DNA from: Thecamonas trahens ATCC 50062
Lineage: Eukaryota > Protista > Apusomonadida
Assembly (NCBI RefSeq): GCF_000142905.1
Contig: NW_013657664.1
Coordinates: 62,001 to 126,000, forward strand
Direction of reading: 5' to 3'
Length of the DNA stretch: 64,000 nucleotides
This document shows positions 32,018 through 42,603 of this stretch, one piece after another. Position 1 is the first letter of the stretch; each line of letters opens with the position of its first letter. The notes beneath the pieces were generated by a model. The model saw only the letters and a program-made list of their open reading frames with translations. It was not told where the DNA came from and made no database searches. The position numbers and the translations under genes were made by a program.

Positions 32018-33550
32018 CTAGCTGTCGCGAAGCAGATGCTCGGCGCCGTACCGCGCCGCAAAAGCGCGGCCCGAGGTAGGCATGGTAAGCCCGGCGGTCC
32101 CGAGATGATGAACAACGAGCTTGGCGACTTCAGGCGCCTCGACGCGAATCGCCTTCTTGAACACGGTCTCCAGCGCCACCACCGGAACCGCCACCTTTGC
32201 CGCCGCGGCGTCGGTCAGCATGGCCTCGACCGTCTCTAGCGTCTCAGACCGAACCGCTGCCAACAGCAGCGCCGCATACGATGCCGGCGACCGGGAAAAG
32301 CCCGAGTCGGCCATGAGCTTGTCGTAAAAGCCCACCTCGTGCATCTGCCCAAACGTGGCGTAGCCGAGGAGCAGCGCGTCAAAGGTCTCGGCCGTCGGTA
32401 CCACGCCCTGCGCCACAGCCTCCTTGAACGTGGCAGCCATGCGCTCAGTCTCGCCGATCCGCGCGCAAGCTTGCAGAATAACGTTGAACGCACTAATGGT
32501 GGGCGCACTGCCATCGGCTATCGCCGCCTCCAGCACGTCGCACGCAGCCTCGGCAGTCTCGGGCGAGGCACCAATGGCGTCGACCACAGGCATCAGCTCA
32601 TCGACGCTCAGCACTTCGCCGCATCCGTTCTCGTCGGCCTCGCACATCAGTCGCAGCGCCGTCGACACATCGTTCGCCTGCGCAGCGCTGTTGATGAGCG
32701 CAAGCTCCGCCTCGCGCGGCTCGTACCCGGCCTCTAGCCACAGCTCGGACCCCGCCCGGGCCAGCTCCAGCTCACCGGAAGCGACAGCTGTGTCTAGCAC
32801 GGCGGCCAAGATCCCTCGGTCGAGCCGACTGCGACAGCCGCCGGTCGTTTGGGCGGCGGCAACGAGCTCGTCTGTCCGCGCCGCGACCTTGTCGAGCGCA
32901 AAGGCGGTGCCCTCTGCATGCAAATGGGTGGTAAAGAGCGAGAGCGCCCGCCAGTACACGTTGTTGGCCACTGACGCGCCTGTCAGCTCGAGCTCGCGAA
33001 GGACAACCAGCGCCGCTGGCGGATCGGCGTGCCTGATGGCGGCGTTGAAGAGGCCAAGATAGACGGCCGAGTGCGGGAGATGGCCATCATCCAGGACGTC
33101 CTGCAGCAGACGGAGGGCCACATCCAGCCTCCCGCCCTCTGCGGTCGCCAGCAGCAGCGACTCACGAGTCCGGAGCGTCGGCTTGAGCTTGAACCGCCTC
33201 TGCATCATCTCGTAGAGAGCAAAGGCGCGCTTGACATCAAAGGGAGAGGAGCAGCATCTGAGCAGAGCGTTAAAGGTAGGCACTGTAGGAGCCAATCCTG
33301 CACGAGTCATTTCCTCCAGCAGAGCATATCCAGTAACAATGTCTCTTTCACTTGCCAGTGCGTTCATCAAACCATTGTATGTCCCCACATTGGGCACGAT
33401 GCCCTTGGCCTTCATCTCCTCTGCCAACGCCAGTGCCTTGCTCCCACTACCACGACCACGGGCCTTGGCTATGGCTGCGTTGTACCCACTCACCGAAGAC
33501 ACCAGACGCACACCGTCCTTCACACATACACCTCGACACAAGTGGAGCAT
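32018..33550 (-). CDS. Pentatricopeptide repeat protein (probably mitochondrial)
   Basis: 35-aa repeats such as GIVPNVGTYNGLMNA, GLAPTVPTFNALLRC, PTISAFNVILQAC and GVVPTAETFDALLLGY. Confidence 0.9.
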   Translation of the reverse strand: MLHLCRGVCVKDGVRLVSSVSGYNAAIAKARGRGSGSKALALAEEMKAKGIVPNVGTYNGLMNALASERDIVTGYALLEEMTRAGLAPTVPTFNALLRCCSSPFDVKRAFALYEMMQRRFKLKPTLRTRESLLLATAEGGRLDVALRLLQDVLDDGHLPHSAVYLGLFNAAIRHADPPAALVVLRELELTGASVANNVYWRALSLFTTHLHAEGTAFALDKVAARTDELVAAAQTTGGCRSRLDRGILAAVLDTAVASGELELARAGSELWLEAGYEPREAELALINSAAQANDVSTALRLMCEADENGCGEVLSVDELMPVVDAIGASPETAEAACDVLEAAIADGSAPTISAFNVILQACARIGETERMAATFKEAVAQGVVPTAETFDALLLGYATFGQMHEVGFYDKLMADSGFSRSPASYAALLLAAVRSETLETVEAMLTDAAAAKVAVPVVALETVFKKAIRVEAPEVAKLVVHHLGTAGLTMPTSGRAFAARYGAEHLLRDS

Positions 33551-34264
33551 CTTGCTGTCTCTTGAGTCGGGTGCTGTGCCCCCCCCTCCCCCCTCAAGTC
33601 GCCGTCTGCCCTGGCTGTAGCCGTAGCCCAACCGAGCGAGCGAGCCAAAGGGTGCTGACCCGTGGATCGAGCGAACTCGGCCCTCGGGGACGACAAGGCG
33701 ACCAAGCTGAGATCGCCACCACACACATGATCATGATCATGATCAAATAGCCCCCCCCCCTACATCGCCCATATCCTTCCCCTCCTCTCCTTCCTTCACT
33801 CCATCCTTCCCTTTTCTCTCAACCACATGTCCCCACTCCCCCCCCCCCCCCCTCCCTTTCCCCTCGTCACACCCGTCACACCCTTCATCACCACGTCGTC
33901 GCCTTTCCTCCAATCATCAAGCCTTCTTAAACTCTCTGATCTGACGGCTGCATCAGCACCATCTTCTCCTGAAGTAGTGACTGGTCCAGGTTGTGATTCT
34001 GGTGGAGAGACTCCTGAATTGCGAGCCAGATGGCGGCATTGGTCCCTGAGGCAGCAGAGTCTGGTGATGGTTGGGCGGAGCGGAGGGGCAATGGCCCAAT
34101 TCCACCAAATCCTCGTCCCCTCCCCTGCTGCCGCTGCCGCTGGCCTTGACTGACACCGCTCTCTGTACAGGCTCTATTGAGAGGATCAGTTGGACAAGTG
34201 ACATGTGGAGAGGAAGGGTATTGGAAAAGGTGGTAGAGGGAAGGAGGAGGAGTTGTGTGCTGCT

Positions 34265-35130
34265 ATGGACCATGGTGGCAGTGTGGGTCACCGCTTCCCT
34301 CCCCACCTCGACCACTCCCGTCTTCCGCAGGTGACAGCTGTTCGTAGTCATGGCGGACGAAGGAGTTCAAGTGGAAAGTCATCCGGTGGGCAACAACAGC
34401 TCGTAGTGGCTCTCGCTAGTAGCCATTATGGATCGAGTGCCAGTGGTAGTGGGCTGTTATTTTCCTCGGACATCGATGTGGTCGAACAGGAGGAGGAAGA
34501 TGACGATGATGATGTTCTCTCGTTCTCCTCTGATGCTGAAGATGATGATGAAGATGAGCCCGGCACCGGAGGAGGTTGCACTGGTCAAAGTCGAGACGAC
34601 GGCCGCCAGTCGACTACCGATGCGGATGCGATTGGAGATGTTTCGACAACTAGGGATACACGCGGCGGCTCCTCGTCGACGACATCGTCGTCGGCATCGT
34701 CGCGCTCCAAGTCGTCGTCACCCTCGCTCTCCGGCGGCGAATCCGAGTCTTCTGACTTGTCCGACTCGCCCAACTCGTCCGACGTTGATGTCCGCCTGCC
34801 GGCGGCGAGAGTCAGCACGCCCGATGGCACCGACGCCGCGAGCGAGACCCAGACCCAGACCCAGACCCAGACCCAGAGTGTGGCGCCCGAGTCGTCGGTC
34901 AAAGCCAAAAGTCGTCGCGGCTATTCCGCCTCCGTAGCCGCAAGTCCAAGTCCAAGTCCAAGACCAAGACCAAGACCAAGACCAAGACCAAGTCGCCTTC
35001 ACTCTCAAAGTCCAAGTTCAAATCCAAGTCTCGCACAGCGGCCAAGGTCTCCGACTCGTCGTCGGCCTCGGGGCCCGACAACCCTTCGCCCAAGTTTACG
35101 CCCAAGCCCCAGCAGGCATCATCGTCATCG

Positions 35131-35162
<32 letters not shown>

Positions 35163-36798
35163 ATCGTCGTCGTCGTCGTCGGGTCCCTCGTCCACACAGG
35201 CCACCGCTGCTGGTGCTGTAGTGCCGACCTCGACAGCTAGCAAATCCAGCCGCAGCGGGCGGTCGAAGCGGTCTTCACGCGAACGGACCGGATCCGGGAG
35301 CAAGCTGTCGCGCGGAACGTCCAAGTCCAAGCACCGGCGTTCGCGCGGGAGCAAGGCCAAGATCAAGTCCAAGGCGGCCAAGCGCAGTCGCCACAAGTCT
35401 CGGCCCGAGCCGATACAGGCCTACGAAGACTCGTACCAGGACGCCGTCGCCCGGTTTGAGCAGTACGACCAGTACGAGTCGCGGCTGCTCTCCATGGCAG
35501 CCACTGACGATCCGATCACAGCGTCAGACTCGGGCTCGGGCTCGTCGTCGACCTTCTCCTCGCTCTCGGGCTCGTCGTCGAGCTCAGGCTCGCAGCTCGC
35601 AGTACAGCCGGGCGGAGGCCGCATGGGCTCGCATCCTGTGGTGATCGAGGAAGACAAGGTGCTGGGCAAAGGCAACTTTTCCACCGTCTACCGCGGTTAC
35701 CTTGGGGATGTCGCAGTGGCCATCAAGATCCCACGCGTCCCACCGGAGCTGCAAAAGCCCGACGCCAACATGTCAGCCGCCAAGCTGCAGGCCCGTATCA
35801 AGCGGCGGAAAAAGGTCAAGTCACCCGAGTGGCTGTGGAACCAGGAGCTGTCTATGCTGCGCGCAGCGTGCGCCAGGCCACGCTCCAAGTACGTCTGCCG
35901 CCTTGTCGGCGAGGGCACGTTTGTACGGCCAGGCAGCGACGACGATGATGTGGTCAAGGGCCTCATCTTCAAGATGTATGTCGGCGGCACGCTCACCGAC
36001 CACATCAACAAGCGGAAGGGCGAGCACGGCGGCCTCCCGCAGGCCGCCTTTCTCAAGCACGCCCGCGAGATGGCCGACGGCCTCGCCTTTCTCCACGCCC
36101 GGAACATTGTCTTCCGCGACCTCAAGCCCGACAACTGCCTCATCTCGCAGCCGGTCGGTGGCCACCTGGTCCTCGCAGACTTTGGGCTGGCCCAGAATGC
36201 AGGGCTGCCGTCGCTCCACGGCATCCTCGGGACCCGAACCTACATGGCGCCCGAGGGCTTCTCCGGCAAGCGGCTTGTTCAGCCGGCGCTCGACGTCTGG
36301 TCCTTTGGTTGTTGCCTCATCCACATGTGGTGCGGCGTCCGGCCGTGGAACGACTACTCGCGCGACGAGTTCCATGAGGCCCGACACAACTTTGAGACGC
36401 CCGAGCTGCCCATCGATGACTTTGACCAGCACAAGATGATGGTCCGTGATTACCGCCAGCTCTGGCTCGAGCAAAAGGTGCGCGACCTCATGGAGCGAGC
36501 CGTCGTCTACGACGCCGACGACCGCACCCTCACTGCCGCCCTCGCCGCCCGCATCCTCCGCCACCTCATCCATGTCGTCGCCTCGGAGCGCAAAATTGCC
36601 CAGAAGAGCTCGGCCTCGTTCTCCTCGCGCTCCCGTCGCTCCACCTCCAAGCGCTCGTCCTCCCGCCGCCACACCCGCGACCGCGATCGCAGCGCCAAGC
36701 GCCGCTCGCGCCAGTCCAAGCACACACCGCCGCGCCCGACCACCGCGCCTCCCGCCTCGTCATCTTCGACAACCTCGTCGTCGTCGACGTCTTCGTAG
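34265..36798 (+). CDS. TKL-like Ser/Thr protein kinase with long Ser/acidic/basic N-terminus; frame break at about 34907-34910
   Basis: LGKGNFSTVY, VAIK, FRDLKPDN, DFG, YMAPE and DVWSFG motifs. The upstream Ser-rich ORF joins the kinase frame on adding one A. Start uncertain. Confidence 0.8.
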
Positions 36799-36915
36799 CC
36801 CTCTTTCTGCCATACTGCCATCTTCAAAGCACAGGGCTAGCCGCACCTGTCTCCACCTGACTCCACCTGACTCCATCAGACTGACTACATCGCCTCGGAG
36901 GCACGCGCCACAGCC

Positions 36916-39900
36916 ATGGATGCCGAAGAGCTTCCGCTACTCGGAGGAGAGGAACGCGGCATAGTAGGGCATGGCAGAGGGTGGCAGGAGTGTCTGTACG
37001 GTGGGCTGGAGAGCAGACTCGCCGATGACCTTGTGCTTGTTCTGGTGGCGGTCAACGTGATCTCGTTTGTGCTCTCGACAGTGGATGCCATCGACGACAA
37101 AGTGGGGACGGTGTTTGATGTCATCGAAGCTGTCTCGGTGGCCCTCTTCACCATCGAGTATGGTCTACGGATGGTGGCGATCGGCGTAGAAGACAAGTAC
37201 GCTGGTTGGTCTGGTCGCGCAAAGTGGATGGTCTCATTCTTCTCGCTCGTCGATCTCGCTGCCATCATGCCGTTCTACGTCGGCTTGGCTATCGGCGATG
37301 ATGTCGGCACCACGCAGTTTGTGCGCATCTTGCGTGTCTTTCGCATGTTTCGCGCCGAGGGCCGGCTCGTCGAGGCCTTTACTCTGCTGGATGATGTGGT
37401 GCGGGCGAACCGGGCTCTCCTGGCTACTTCGTCGTTCATGGGCGCTGCGCTATGGCTTCTTCTTGCCGGCGTGTTGTATGCAACCGAGAAGGACAACCCC
37501 GATGTGGCTGGAGAGTACGATACCTTCTTCAAGGCACTCTGGTACGCGCTGCTCAACTTGCTTGGCGAGTTCCCGATCGCTGCCGAGCTGTCTAGCGCCG
37601 GCAAGGCGGTCTCTTGCTTCACTGTCGTCTTTGCAGTCGGATTCTTCTCGATCCCAACCGGGATTATCGGCGCGGGCCTGCTTGACATGCTGACCGAGCG
37701 GCGCAATGCGCGTGCTGTCGCAGATGACAGCCGTGATGCCGCCAACGTCAGTCGAGAACATAGTCTCTGCCGTGGATGTGAAGCTTCCGCCCGTCAAGCT
37801 CACATTGCCGCCAAGGGGCTCGGTGGCCGCCTTTATCTTGTACTCGACGGTGTCGGCGTTTGGGGCAGGATCATCGAGGCCTGCATCATGGCTCTCATTG
37901 TTGTCAACGTGGTAGTGTTTTCGATCTCGACTCTACCAGACATTGGCTACGACGGTGCGTTCTTTGTGTTTGAGGCAATGACGGTCGGCCTGTTTTCGGT
38001 CGAGTACCTGCTCCGGCTGTGGACAGTGGCGTTTGGTACAGCTGGCGAGGGCGAGACGAGCTGGCAGGCTCGGGCGCGATGGGTTGTCTCGTTTGAGTCT
38101 GCCGTGGATCTAGCGTCGATTGTTCCGTTCTACGTCGACCTCGCGTTGACAGGGACGGATGTCTCGCCGACGACGCTGCTGCGAGTGCTGCGGCTAGTTA
38201 GGCTGCTCAAGGCCGACTCGTATGTCCATGTCTTTGATCTGATGGACGATGTGGTGCGGGCAAACGGGGCGATGTTGGCGACAACGGCGTGGGTGGCGCT
38301 GGTGGTGTGGATACTGGCGGCGTCGCTGATGTATGCCACCGAGCGGCACAACAGCAATCTCGAGGTTGCGTCCGAGTTTGAGTCTGTGCCCGAGGCGCTG
38401 TGGATCACCTTTCTCAACCTGACTGGCGAGTACCCGCTGGCAGACTACACTCCGTGGGGCAAGGTTGTGTCGTCAGTGGTGGCACTCGTGGCCATCGGCG
38501 TCGCCGCGCTACCGACCGGCATCTGGGCGGCCGGCTTTGAGGACGCGCTCGCCGAGGCCAAGGCGCACACGGCCGAGGACACCACCGAGTGCGAGCAGTG
38601 CATCTCGCCTGAGCTCGCAGCATCATCGGCGCGGCTGCGACTGCGAGCGGCGGCGTTTGTGCCGCTGGCGGCGCACTCGCCACAAAGGGCGGCGCAGCTA
38701 CGGAGCTCGGGACAATCTGCGGCGGCTCGAGCACCGGACTGGATACGCAGCCTGTACGCCTTTGTCTCGGGTGCAACTCGTGCCGGAGCAGCGGCCGAGC
38801 TTGTGGTGGTGGGCCTCATCTTTGTCAACACCATCACGTTTGTGCTCGGCTCGGTCGACTCGGTGGCTGCAAGCGCGACTGCGGTCAAGGTCTTTGAAGT
38901 CCTCGAGGGCTGCACGATGGCGGTGTTTGCGGTCGAGTACGCGGCGCGGGTGATAGCGGCGGGAGCAGATGCCAAGTACGCTCGGTTTGGCTGGCCGCGA
39001 CTACGGTACTGCTGCTCACTCTTCGCGCTCCTTGATCTGGCGTGCCTTGTCCCGTATGGCGTGGAGCTTGTAACGCGAACCGAGCTGAGCTCGACGGTTG
39101 TGTTCCGGCTGTTTCGGCTGATGTTCCTGCTCAAATCAGAGTCGTTTGTGAGTGTCTTTACGCTGCTTGACGATGTGTTTGTGGCCAAAGCGCCACTGCT
39201 GCTGTCGTCGGCGTTTGTGGCCGGTGTGTGCTTGATTGTCTTTGCCACACTCTTGCACTACACCGAGCAGCACAACGAGATTGTGGTGAACGATCTAAGC
39301 ATGGCGGCACGATACGAGAGCATCCCGTCGGCGCTGTGGTACACGCTGGTCCACCTGACGGGCGACTACCCGCTGTACCAGTACACGTGGTGGGGCAAGG
39401 GCGTCAACTTTGTGTCTGCGCTCACGGCGGTGGGCGTTGTGGGCATTCCGTCGGCCGCGATTGCTTCGGGCTTTGTCTCTGCGCGGGCGGCAATTGACGG
39501 TGGCGAGTTCGGCGGTGAGCGGGACGACGCACTTCCGCTGATCCCAGCAGCGGGCGACGACGCGCGGTGCCGGCAATGCCGGGTGGAGAGGGCACGCGCC
39601 ACAGGCGTCGCCGGCTGGCTCCACGCACTGTTTGTTGGCGATCTACGCGTCGGCCACTGGCCCAACTACCTCCTCAACGGGCTGATTGCGGTGAATCTTG
39701 TGGCGTTCGCGCTCGGGACCGAGCCAAGTGTCCGCGCGGGAAGCGGCGGGCGGGTGGGCGACGCGCTTGACGTGGTCGAGTGGATCTCGGTAACGGTCTT
39801 TACGATCGAGTATGTGGCACGGCTTGTAGCTGCCGACGCAGATCCTGACTGGGGCTACTCGCGGCTGCGGTACGGGTGCTCGTTCTTTGCGCTCGTTGAT

Positions 39901-40434
39901 CTTACGGCGATCGTGCCATTCTACGTGAGCGTGGCCATCGGTGACAGGACATCTGTATCGACGCTCCTTCGCGCACTGCGAGTGGTGCGGGTGCTCAAGG
40001 GTGAACACTCTGTGGAGGCGTTCACGCTGGTGGACAACGTGGTGGCGGCGACGGGCCGGGTGTTGGCGACGACTGGCTTTGCAGCCGCTCTGGTATGGAT
40101 CATCTCGGCCTCGCTGTTCTACATTGCGGAACGCTCACAGGCGTACACGGATGGCGCTTTTGACAACATGCTTCTCTCGCTCTTCTTCACCATGATCTTC
40201 CTCGGAGGCGAGTGGGCGGTGGTGGACTTTACGCCGTGGGGCGAGGCTGTGGGTGCGTTCACCATCGTGCTCGCCATCGCCATCTTTGCGGTTCCAGGCG
40301 GCATTCTCTTTGACGGCTTTGCCGACATTGCCAATAAGCGGCGTGAGCTGCGAGACCAGCTAGCTTCACGCGATCTGCTCTGCTCTGGCTGCGGCGCGCA
40401 CATCCAATCGTTCGTCCGCCATCACGTGGCCTAG
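36916..40434 (+). CDS. Four-repeat (4x6TM) voltage-gated-like cation channel built from Kv-type units, with non-GYG acidic filters
   Basis: Four repeats each with S1 (..VN..), S2 (F.IEY..R), S3 (VDL.AI.PFY), an Arg-rich S4, pore helix plus G[ED][FYW], and S6 (G..V...IP.G). Confidence 0.88.
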   Translation: MDAEELPLLGGEERGIVGHGRGWQECLYGGLESRLADDLVLVLVAVNVISFVLSTVDAIDDKVGTVFDVIEAVSVALFTIEYGLRMVAIGVEDKYAGWSGRAKWMVSFFSLVDLAAIMPFYVGLAIGDDVGTTQFVRILRVFRMFRAEGRLVEAFTLLDDVVRANRALLATSSFMGAALWLLLAGVLYATEKDNPDVAGEYDTFFKALWYALLNLLGEFPIAAELSSAGKAVSCFTVVFAVGFFSIPTGIIGAGLLDMLTERRNARAVADDSRDAANVSREHSLCRGCEASARQAHIAAKGLGGRLYLVLDGVGVWGRIIEACIMALIVVNVVVFSISTLPDIGYDGAFFVFEAMTVGLFSVEYLLRLWTVAFGTAGEGETSWQARARWVVSFESAVDLASIVPFYVDLALTGTDVSPTTLLRVLRLVRLLKADSYVHVFDLMDDVVRANGAMLATTAWVALVVWILAASLMYATERHNSNLEVASEFESVPEALWITFLNLTGEYPLADYTPWGKVVSSVVALVAIGVAALPTGIWAAGFEDALAEAKAHTAEDTTECEQCISPELAASSARLRLRAAAFVPLAAHSPQRAAQLRSSGQSAAARAPDWIRSLYAFVSGATRAGAAAELVVVGLIFVNTITFVLGSVDSVAASATAVKVFEVLEGCTMAVFAVEYAARVIAAGADAKYARFGWPRLRYCCSLFALLDLACLVPYGVELVTRTELSSTVVFRLFRLMFLLKSESFVSVFTLLDDVFVAKAPLLLSSAFVAGVCLIVFATLLHYTEQHNEIVVNDLSMAARYESIPSALWYTLVHLTGDYPLYQYTWWGKGVNFVSALTAVGVVGIPSAAIASGFVSARAAIDGGEFGGERDDALPLIPAAGDDARCRQCRVERARATGVAGWLHALFVGDLRVGHWPNYLLNGLIAVNLVAFALGTEPSVRAGSGGRVGDALDVVEWISVTVFTIEYVARLVAADADPDWGYSRLRYGCSFFALVDLTAIVPFYVSVAIGDRTSVSTLLRALRVVRVLKGEHSVEAFTLVDNVVAATGRVLATTGFAAALVWIISASLFYIAERSQAYTDGAFDNMLLSLFFTMIFLGGEWAVVDFTPWGEAVGAFTIVLAIAIFAVPGGILFDGFADIANKRRELRDQLASRDLLCSGCGAHIQSFVRHHVA

Positions 40435-40717
40435 AGCGCAGTGTCGGGCGTGGGCGAGGTGATTCCGAGTACCTGCGGAAGGCTACCTACGATGAACTTG
40501 GCAGCAAGGAGTCTAGAGCCTGGGACAACGAGCCAGGCTGATAGGATTTGTTGGGAGAGCCCAGCGAGTGTGAGCTAGCTGATTCGGCCGAGCTGGCGTG
40601 ACGAAGGCTGGTCAGCGAACAAGCGAACACGACCTGGCCAGGTTGGCGACTCGTGGCCGGGCGAGGCTACCGGGGGCACAGCACGAGTACGACACCTGAC
40701 TCTATAGACGAGAGAGT

Positions 40718-41701
40718 ATGTCTGCAGACGGCGGTTCATGCTCAGGCTCGGGGTCTACCTCGGGCGACGAGAAGGTTGTGGACCTGACGTACCAGGCGCC
40801 AGGGGTAGCGGAAGCGCTGGACGCCGAGGTGGAGGTGGTGGACGCGACAGGGAATGGGTGGACGGAGATGGAGCTGCTGAAGGGACTGGCCAAGTTGCAG
40901 ACTGTGTGCTTGCGGAACAACAGGGTGAGCAAGGTGGAATGTCTGGAGGCGGCCACAGAGCTGGAGGAGCTTGACCTGTATGGCAACTCGGTCAAGGTCA
41001 TCGAGGGTGTGGCTCACCTCTCCAAGCTCGTCATCCTCGACTTCTCGTTCAATCTCATCCGGTCGATGGCCCCGCTCGGTGTGCCCGACATTTCGTTTAC
41101 CGGCCTGCGCAAGCTGTATCTGTGTTCGAACAAGATCACCAAGATCGAGGGGCTGGAGAAGCTGACGGCCCTGGAGATGCTCGAGCTCGGATCGAACCGG
41201 CTGCGGACGATCGAAGGCCTGGAGACGCTCACAGCGCTGCGGGAGCTGTGGCTTGGGCGCAACAAGCTCGAGAAGATCACCGGGCTGGAGAACCTGACCA
41301 ATCTGGAGATCTTGGACTTGCAGTCGAACCGGCTGACCAAGCTCGAGGGGCTCGAGGCCAACACCAAGCTGACGGACCTGTACCTGGCACACAACGCGAT
41401 CGAGAGCCTCGAGGGCATTGCGCAGCTTGTGGCGCTGGAGACGTTTGACATCTCAAACAACGCGCTGTCGGCGATTCCGGCCGACGAGCTCCCGCGAGCA
41501 GCGCTGACCGAGTTCTGGATGAACCACAACACCGTGAGCGACTGGGCCGACGTCGAGGTGCTCAAGGACGCACCTCAGCTCGAGACGGTGTACTTTGAGG
41601 GCAACCCCATTGCCGAGCACCCGCGGTACCGCGCCATCATGGCCGACACGCTCCCGCAGATCAAGCAGATCGACGCGACGCTGATCCGGACGCGGATGTA
41701 A
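40718..41701 (+). CDS. PPP1R7: PP1 regulatory subunit SDS22 (LRR)
   Basis: SDS22-type LRRs (LDFSFNLIR, LELGSNRLR, LWLGRNK, LQSNRL) and LRRcap YR..IMADTLPQIKQIDAT. Confidence 0.93.
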   Translation: MSADGGSCSGSGSTSGDEKVVDLTYQAPGVAEALDAEVEVVDATGNGWTEMELLKGLAKLQTVCLRNNRVSKVECLEAATELEELDLYGNSVKVIEGVAHLSKLVILDFSFNLIRSMAPLGVPDISFTGLRKLYLCSNKITKIEGLEKLTALEMLELGSNRLRTIEGLETLTALRELWLGRNKLEKITGLENLTNLEILDLQSNRLTKLEGLEANTKLTDLYLAHNAIESLEGIAQLVALETFDISNNALSAIPADELPRAALTEFWMNHNTVSDWADVEVLKDAPQLETVYFEGNPIAEHPRYRAIMADTLPQIKQIDATLIRTRM

Positions 41702-41770
41702 ACTGCCGGCTCGACGGAGGACGCGCTGGCCAATAACATGCACGACGCGGGCCGCCTTGCGCATGCTTTC

Positions 41771-42603
41771 TCACACAATAGTGCCCAGCGAGGCAGCCTG
41801 CTGATGTGCATGCTCCTTGACCTTGGCCACAAGAACTTCGTGGATGAGAGCGGCGCCCTTCATAGCCAGCGAGACGAGAGCGTCGTAGACGTCGAGCGGG
41901 ATGCGGTCGTTGATCTTGACCAGCGAGAGCGTGGCCTCGGTGGGGAGCATGGCCAGCAGCAGCTCGGGGCCGCCACCGGACGAGTCCTCCAGATAGTTGA
42001 GATCCAGCACGTTGGCGCCGTCGATGTGGCCGGCCGAGCAGGCGACGACAAAGTCCTTGAGCGGGATGCCAGCGTCGATGAGCGCCAGAGTAGCCGCGTT
42101 GATGGCAGCAGCAACGTTGCCACCATCCGCCTGCAGAACATGGACAAAGATGTCGATTTGTGAACGCGGGAAGAGCTCTGTCAGAATGACCGGCTCAAAG
42201 GTAGCCACCAGCATCTGCGAGACCTCTGCCGACCGCTTGTCGCCCTTTGAGCTCTTCTTCCGCTCGCCTGTGGCAAAGGTAGCCATACCAAACTCTGCAC
42301 GAACAACAGCACGATCATGCTTGGCCATCGAAGCCCGCCGCACTTCCCGGGGTCCGTACACTGCCGCCACCACCTTGGTATTGCCCATCTCCACATAGGC
42401 TGATCCGTCGGCCCGCGAGAACAGATCCATCCGGGCTTGCAGCTTACGGAGCTCGTCCGGCCGCCGTCCGTCCAGCCGCAAGCCTTCTGGGGACACAAAC
42501 TCTCTCCGGGACTGTATACAAGGAAGGGGGAAGGGGAGGGTGAGTGTAGGGGGGGGGGGGGGCAAGGAGGGCATGGGGTCGGTCAAGGCTTGCGGCGTAC
42601 CAT
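41771..42603 (-). CDS. EXOSC4: Exosome subunit Rrp41; exon 1 is ATG only (42603-42601), exon 2 is 42511-41771
   Basis: EFVSPEGLRLDGRR, ADGSAY.EMGNTKV, VLQADGG and ALIDAGIP motifs. GTACGC...ACAG intron 42600-42512 gives MSRREFV. Confidence 0.95.

Noticed and set aside
36916-40434. Annotation as an ordinary Kv potassium channel or as Nav/Cav
   Set aside because: No GYG/GFG filter in any repeat, and no T-x-E/D-x-W filter or long Nav/Cav loops.
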